From Alphaproteobacteria bacterium (GTDB lineage Bacteria > Pseudomonadota > Alphaproteobacteria > Sphingomonadales > Sphingomonadaceae), in assembly GCA_964202995.1 (NCBI GenBank), contig CAXNKR010000001.1:794829-858828 (forward strand): a stretch of 64,000 bases of DNA. The letters run 5' to 3'. The position numbers and the translations under genes are program-made. Shown one piece after another: positions 60,501 through 64,000 of the stretch. Numbering within the stretch: position 1 is the first letter of the stretch; each line of letters opens with the position of its first letter. The notes beneath the pieces are model-generated. The model was not told the origin of the DNA, ran no database searches, and was given only the letters and a program-made list of their open reading frames with translations.

Positions 60501-61061
60501 TTGCCTGATCTTGATAAACTGAGCAGTTTGATTGCGCCTGAGGCTCAAGCGCTTGGCTTTGCCTTGGTGCGCGTGGCGTGGTTTTCCAATGGCGCACAGG
60601 GCAGCGATGAGCCGACCTTGCAAGTGATGGCCGAGCGTCCCGAGACACGGCAACTCCTCATTGATGATTGTGCGGCGCTCTCGCATCGTATCTCCGATCT
60701 GTTTGACGAGGTTGACCCCATTGTCGAGCCTTATCGCCTTGAAGTTAGCTCGCCCGGGATTGACCGGCCATTGACGCGGCTTGCCGATTTCTCTGACTGG
60801 GTAGGGCATGAGGCCAAGATTGAACTCAGCGAGCCGATGGATGGCCGCAAGAATATTCGCGGTGATCTTGCTGGTGTCGATGGCGAAAATATTCATGTCG
60901 ATGACCGCAAGGCGGGACGCCTGACCTTCCCATTTTCCGCACTTGGCCACGCCAAGCTGCTCTTGACAGACCGCCTGATTGCGTCGACTGCCCCCATCAA
61001 CAGCGATGGGGCGGACGAAGTAGAGGCTGAACCCATTCACGACGAAGCACAGGAAGATTAA
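60501..61061 (+). CDS. rimP: Ribosome maturation factor RimP
   Basis: LQVMAER, YRLEVSSPGIDRPL. Confidence 0.95.
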   Translation: MPDLDKLSSLIAPEAQALGFALVRVAWFSNGAQGSDEPTLQVMAERPETRQLLIDDCAALSHRISDLFDEVDPIVEPYRLEVSSPGIDRPLTRLADFSDWVGHEAKIELSEPMDGRKNIRGDLAGVDGENIHVDDRKAGRLTFPFSALGHAKLLLTDRLIASTAPINSDGADEVEAEPIHDEAQED

Positions 61062-61065
61062 GAAC

Positions 61066-62676
61066 ATGGCCAGTAGTATTGCCGCCAACAAGGCTGAATT
61101 GCTTGCAATCGCCAACGCGGTCGCCACCGAAAAGATGATCGACAAGTCGATTGTTATCGAAGCGCTTGAAGAAGCTATCCAGCGCGCTGCTAGGGCGCGT
61201 TATGGGGCCGAAAACGACATCCGTGCTAAGCTCGACACCCAAACCGGTGACTTGCGTCTGTGGCGCGTTGTCGAAGTTGTTGAAGACGTCGAAGATTATT
61301 TCAAGCAAGTTGACCTAAAGCAGGCCGACAAGCTGCAAAAGGGCGCTGTTGTCGGCGACTTCATCGTCGATCCGCTTCCCGCTGTGGATTTGGGCCGTAT
61401 CGATGCGCAGTCAGCCAAGCAGGTCATCTTCCAAAAGGTGCGCGATGCCGAGCGTGAGCGCCAGTTTGAAGAATTCAAGGACCGTACCGGTGAAATCATT
61501 ACGGGCGTCGTGAAGTCGGTTGAATTTGGCCATGTTGTCGTTGACCTTGGCCGCGCAGAAGGCGTTATTCGCCGCGACCAGCAAATCCCGCGCGAAGTCG
61601 TCCGCAGCGGCGACCGCGTCCGCGCGCTGATCATGAAGGTGCAGCGTGAAAATCGCGGACCACAGATATTGTTGAGCCGCGCGCATCCGGATTTCATGAA
61701 GAAATTGTTCGCGCAAGAAGTGCCTGAAATCTATGACGGCGTCATCGAGATCAAGGCCGCCGCACGTGACCCCGGCAGCCGCGCCAAAATTGGCGTTATC
61801 AGCTATGACAGCAGCATTGACCCCGTTGGCGCATGCGTCGGTATGAAGGGCAGCCGCGTTCAGGCCGTCGTGCAGGAAATGCAGGGCGAAAAGATCGACA
61901 TCATTCCATGGTCCGAAGACACCGCGACATTCATCGTGAACGCGCTTCAGCCAGCAACGGTCAGCCGCGTTGTCATCGACGAAGAACAAGGCCGGATCGA
62001 AGTTGTCGTTCCTGACGATCAATTGAGCCTTGCTATTGGCCGTCGTGGACAAAATGTCCGTTTGGCCTCGCAGCTTACGGGCCGTGGCATCGACATCATG
62101 ACCGAAGCGGAATCGAGCGAGAAACGACAGAAGGAATTTGTCGAACGTTCCGAAATGTTCCAGCAAGAACTGGATGTTGACGAAACGCTTGCGCAATTGC
62201 TGGTCGCCGAAGGCTTTAGCGAGTTGGAAGAGGTCGCTTATGTCGATTCCGCCGAAATCGCCGCCATCGAAGGGTTTGATGACGGTTTGGCCGAAGAGTT
62301 GCAGAGCCGTGCACAAGAAGCGCTGGATCGCCGCGAAGAGGCAAACCGGGCCGAGCGCCGTGAGCTTGGTGTTGAAGATGCCGTCGCGGAATTGCCCATA
62401 TTGACTGAAGCGATGCTGGTCGTTCTGGGCAAGGCTGGCATCAAGACGCTTGACGATTTGGCCGACCTTGCAACCGATGAATTGATCCAGAAAGCGCGTG
62501 AACCACGTCGTAATGAGCGGAGCGATCGCGAAGTTCGGCGCAACCGTACTGAAGATAAGGCCGGCATATTGGCGGTCTTTGGTTTGTCCGAAGAGCAGGG
62601 TAACGAAATCATCATGGCTGCTCGCGCGCATTGGTTCGAAGAGGAGGACGCGATTGCAGCGGACGACTCTCAATGA
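61066..62676 (+). CDS. nusA: Transcription factor NusA
   Basis: GRIDAQSAKQ, ARDPGSRAK, LAIGRRGQNVRLA. Confidence 0.97.
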   Translation: MASSIAANKAELLAIANAVATEKMIDKSIVIEALEEAIQRAARARYGAENDIRAKLDTQTGDLRLWRVVEVVEDVEDYFKQVDLKQADKLQKGAVVGDFIVDPLPAVDLGRIDAQSAKQVIFQKVRDAERERQFEEFKDRTGEIITGVVKSVEFGHVVVDLGRAEGVIRRDQQIPREVVRSGDRVRALIMKVQRENRGPQILLSRAHPDFMKKLFAQEVPEIYDGVIEIKAAARDPGSRAKIGVISYDSSIDPVGACVGMKGSRVQAVVQEMQGEKIDIIPWSEDTATFIVNALQPATVSRVVIDEEQGRIEVVVPDDQLSLAIGRRGQNVRLASQLTGRGIDIMTEAESSEKRQKEFVERSEMFQQELDVDETLAQLLVAEGFSELEEVAYVDSAEIAAIEGFDDGLAEELQSRAQEALDRREEANRAERRELGVEDAVAELPILTEAMLVVLGKAGIKTLDDLADLATDELIQKAREPRRNERSDREVRRNRTEDKAGILAVFGLSEEQGNEIIMAARAHWFEEEDAIAADDSQ

Positions 62677-63364
62677 GAACCGACACTCCCCAATAAGGAA
62701 GTGCATATTGTCAGGTGAGCATGGGACTCGTGCCCAGCTCATCAGGCTTGCCCTCGGTCCCGATGGCAGTATCGCACCTGACCTGTTCGCAAAGGCGCCC
62801 GGTCGTGGCGCGTGGATTGGCGTTTCTAGCGAAGAATTGTCCAAGGCGCTGGCTAAGGGTAAGCTTGCGGGATTGCTGCGCCGGGCGTTCAAAACCGACA
62901 AGATTGAAATCATCGATGACCTGACGGGGCGCATTGATCGCGGATTGGAAAAGGCGTTTTTGGACCGGCTTGGGTTGGAAGCGCGGGCTGGGCACCTTAT
63001 CTTGGGCGCAGAGAAGATCGATTCCGCATCACGCAGTGGGCAGGTTAAGCTGTTACTGCATGCATCGGACGCAAGCGCCGATGGGAGCGGCAAACGCGAC
63101 CAAGCCTGGCGCGTTGGCGAAGATGCCGAGGGTACCGGAAAAGGCGGCGTGAAGCTGCCTGTGGTCCGAGATGCACTATCGGCGGCGCTTGGACGGCAAA
63201 ATGCTGTGCACGTTGCATTGATTAACCAAAAAGCCGCGGACCGGGTGATGCACCATCTTGGACGCTGGCTAAATTTTAAAGGATGCAGTAATGCGCCGGT
63301 AGATTCCGCTGCTTCGGCTGCGGAATTGCGGGGCAATGACGCTGACATCCCCGCAATTGACTGA
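62654..63364 (+). CDS. ylxR: YlxR/DUF448 RNA-binding protein with L7Ae-like domain (probable TTG start)
   Basis: PIRKCILSG, PGRGAW; located between nusA and infB. Confidence 0.88.
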   Translation: MQRTTLNENRHSPIRKCILSGEHGTRAQLIRLALGPDGSIAPDLFAKAPGRGAWIGVSSEELSKALAKGKLAGLLRRAFKTDKIEIIDDLTGRIDRGLEKAFLDRLGLEARAGHLILGAEKIDSASRSGQVKLLLHASDASADGSGKRDQAWRVGEDAEGTGKGGVKLPVVRDALSAALGRQNAVHVALINQKAADRVMHHLGRWLNFKGCSNAPVDSAASAAELRGNDADIPAID

Positions 63365-63385
63365 GTAAGGACGGGTTCTGTTTCG

Positions 63386-64000
63386 ATGAGTGATGAAAAT
63401 AATAATAAGCCAACTTTGACGCGCAAGCCGCTCACTTTGAGCCGCTCGCTTGAGTCGGGCGAAGTGAAACAGACTTTCAGCCATGGCCGCACCAACAAGG
63501 TTGTGGTTGAGGTGAAACGCAAAAAGCTCGTCGGTAAGCCAGGTTATGCACCCGAACCCGAAGTGGCGGCACCCCCGCCACCTCCGCCGCCCGCAGCTTC
63601 GCCAGTAACGGCGGCCCCCGCGGCTGCGCCTGCGCCAAGGCCAAGCCCCACGGGCAATGACATGCTGAGCCGTCAGGAGCGTCAGGCAAAGCTGTTACGC
63701 GAAGCCGAAGAAGCACGCTTGGGCATGCTTGAGGAAAACAGCCGTCGTGAAGCGGAACAACGTGCGCAGCGCGCCGAAGAAGAGCGCCAGCGCGCCCAAG
63801 CCAACCGTGAGGAGGTTGCTGCATCTCCGCCTTCAGCCGACGTTGAAGCGGTCGTTCCGGCAACAACTGACCCTGTTGAAGCCGTTGCCGAAGAAGGCAC
63901 TAAAGAAGGTGACGCGCCTGCACCGCGTCGCTTTACACCTGTAGAAGCACCAAAGCGTCCAGAGCGCGAGCGTGAGGAAATCAAAAAGGCGCTGCACCGT
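63386..64000 (+). CDS. infB: Translation initiation factor IF-2, N-terminal part (runs off the window)
   Basis: [20 protein letters not shown], then Pro/Ala-rich and Glu/Arg-rich linker; canonical rimP-nusA-ylxR-infB order. Confidence 0.93.
   Translation, partial: MSDENNNKPTLTRKPLTLSRSLESGEVKQTFSHGRTNKVVVEVKRKKLVGKPGYAPEPEVAAPPPPPPPAASPVTAAPAAAPAPRPSPTGNDMLSRQERQAKLLREAEEARLGMLEENSRREAEQRAQRAEEERQRAQANREEVAASPPSADVEAVVPATTDPVEAVAEEGTKEGDAPAPRRFTPVEAPKRPEREREEIKKALHR

Noticed and set aside
61411-63522. 703-aa antisense ORF across nusA-ylxR-infB
   Set aside because: Typical stop-poor reverse frame of GC-biased, highly expressed genes; no motifs or RBS.

Overview
A 64-kb chromosomal segment of an alphaproteobacterium. 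Gene content (mucR, chpT, rpoH, TorF porin, Oar-like TonB receptor) and protein style suggest Sphingomonadales, possibly Sphingorhabdus-like (inference). Most of it is housekeeping: rarA, miaB-phoH-ybeY-corC, mucR/fur, tsaB-rimI, ccmAB, acs, ald, gatCAB, tig-clpP-clpX, rpoH, rluD, chpT, cca and rimP-nusA-ylxR-infB, plus tRNA-Thr(UGU), tRNA-Tyr(GUA) and tRNA-Leu(UAG). Three accessory zones stand out. (1) 1-6649 looks like the right end of an element integrated at the 3' end of tRNA-Thr. It carries a 1761-aa RTX protein with an apparently identical 1575-bp-period duplication of a 7-blade-repeat plus cadherin module, and a broken DUF2075 helicase remnant. (2) 24342-28457, directly after tRNA-Tyr, is a four-gene module: TetR, PhlG-like C-C hydrolase, BBE-type flavoprotein oxidase and a membrane-anchored FAH-family hydrolase. 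It is a candidate undescribed polyphenol/polyketide catabolic system. (3) 33400-40239 holds an unannotated 23-aa membrane peptide with an EcfG-like promoter, then a TorF porin and a gamma-glutamylation-type amine catabolic operon with a HemL-like aminotransferase. Small REP/MITE-like elements occur at 11021, 19981 and 42161. No CRISPR array, rRNA, integrase or transposase is visible. Family calls come from motif recognition only; no database searches were run.
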